A DNA stretch of 47,727 bases from Anaerolineae bacterium (GTDB lineage: Bacteria; Chloroflexota; Anaerolineae; 4572-78; NAK82). The notes beneath the pieces were generated by a model. The model saw nothing but the letters and a program-made list of their open reading frames with translations. It did not search any database and had not been told where the DNA came from. Made by a program: the position numbers and the translations under genes. This document shows, piece after piece, positions 47,302 to 47,727 of the stretch; positions within the stretch are counted from its first letter, which is position 1; each line of letters starts with the position of its first letter. Location: NCBI GenBank assembly GCA_049969215.1, contig JBMFPH010000003.1, forward strand, positions 1-47,727, written 5' to 3'.

Positions 47302-47320
47302 CAGGATCACCCCCAAAAGC

Positions 47321-47727
47321 CAGGGCTTTTCAGTTCTGTCGTGAGCAGGTATCATTGCGATGATCCGACAAGCACAAAGGAGGGGCAATGGAGAAGAAGA
47401 GTTTGCTGGACTATCTGGGCACGGTGCCGGATCCGCGGCGGCGGCAGGGACGGCGCTATCCCCTGGCCGGAGTGTTAGCAGTGTTGATCCTGGCGGCATT
47501 GCACGGGGAGAGCAGTCTGCGGGGGATGTGGCAATGGGCCCAGGCGCATCAGGATTTGTTGCTCAAACCGTTAGGCTTTGAGGCACGGGGGCGGTTGCCT
47601 GGTTTGACGACGTTGTGGAACTGATTGCGGCGGCTGGACGTTGGGGCGCTGGAGGGTGTGGTGATGGCCTGGGTCGGTGCGTGGGAGGAGGCAGAGGTGG
47701 TGAGCCTGGACGGGAAGTACCTGCGGG
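47321..47727 (+). mobile_element. Left end of an ISAs1-family IS, truncated by the window
   Basis: TIR CAGGGCTTTTCAGTTCT followed by an AAGGAGG RBS and a transposase gene. Confidence 0.9.
47388..47727 (+). pseudogene. ISAs1 transposase with an in-frame TGA at 47622-47624
   Basis: N-terminal VPDPRRRQGRRYPL motif; after the TGA the same frame continues LRRLDVGALE...VVSLDGKYLR, the first DDE motif. Confidence 0.85.

Noticed and set aside
82-47320. Prophage, plasmid or defence island
   Set aside because: No integrase, replication, structural or intact defence genes; the content is housekeeping and metabolic.
47622-47624. TGA as selenocysteine or an alternative genetic code
   Set aside because: No rationale for Sec in a transposase, and many genes in the window end properly at TGA.

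Overview
A GC-rich chromosomal segment, probably from a Chloroflexota (Anaerolineae-like) anaerobe; this assignment is inferred from gene content only. Both ends are ISAs1 element termini with an identical 17-bp TIR, so this is most likely a contig broken at two IS copies. From left to right it holds: (1) a minus-strand run of FGGY kinase, rluD, lspA, cofC, cofD, a prenyltransferase-repeat protein, family-5 UDG, two TIGR03663-like GT-C membrane proteins (one with an NHL propeller) and a stand-alone MetH activation domain; (2) scpA plus a ferredoxin; (3) a ttrBCA/srdBCA-type molybdoenzyme operon whose B subunit appears frameshifted; (4) a GntR-led sugar catabolic cluster interrupted by a decayed MNT-HEPN toxin-antitoxin module; (5) a DUF3786 gene; (6) a ROK-regulated sugar ABC importer with a Gfo/Idh/MocA dehydrogenase; (7) a Pro/Thr-rich surface protein, GT39 and GT87 glycosyltransferases and a large GH13 enzyme; (8) a corrinoid protein next to a LacI repressor fused to an apparently inactive UroD/MtaA-type methyltransferase domain, followed by a double operator, a 101-bp MITE and an ISAs1 transposase with an in-frame stop. 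The best candidate for an undescribed system is a LacI-controlled, B12-dependent methyl-transfer system, possibly for methylated sugars, with a pseudoenzyme sensor. No tRNA, rRNA or CRISPR array was seen. Family assignments come from motif recognition by eye, not from database searches.
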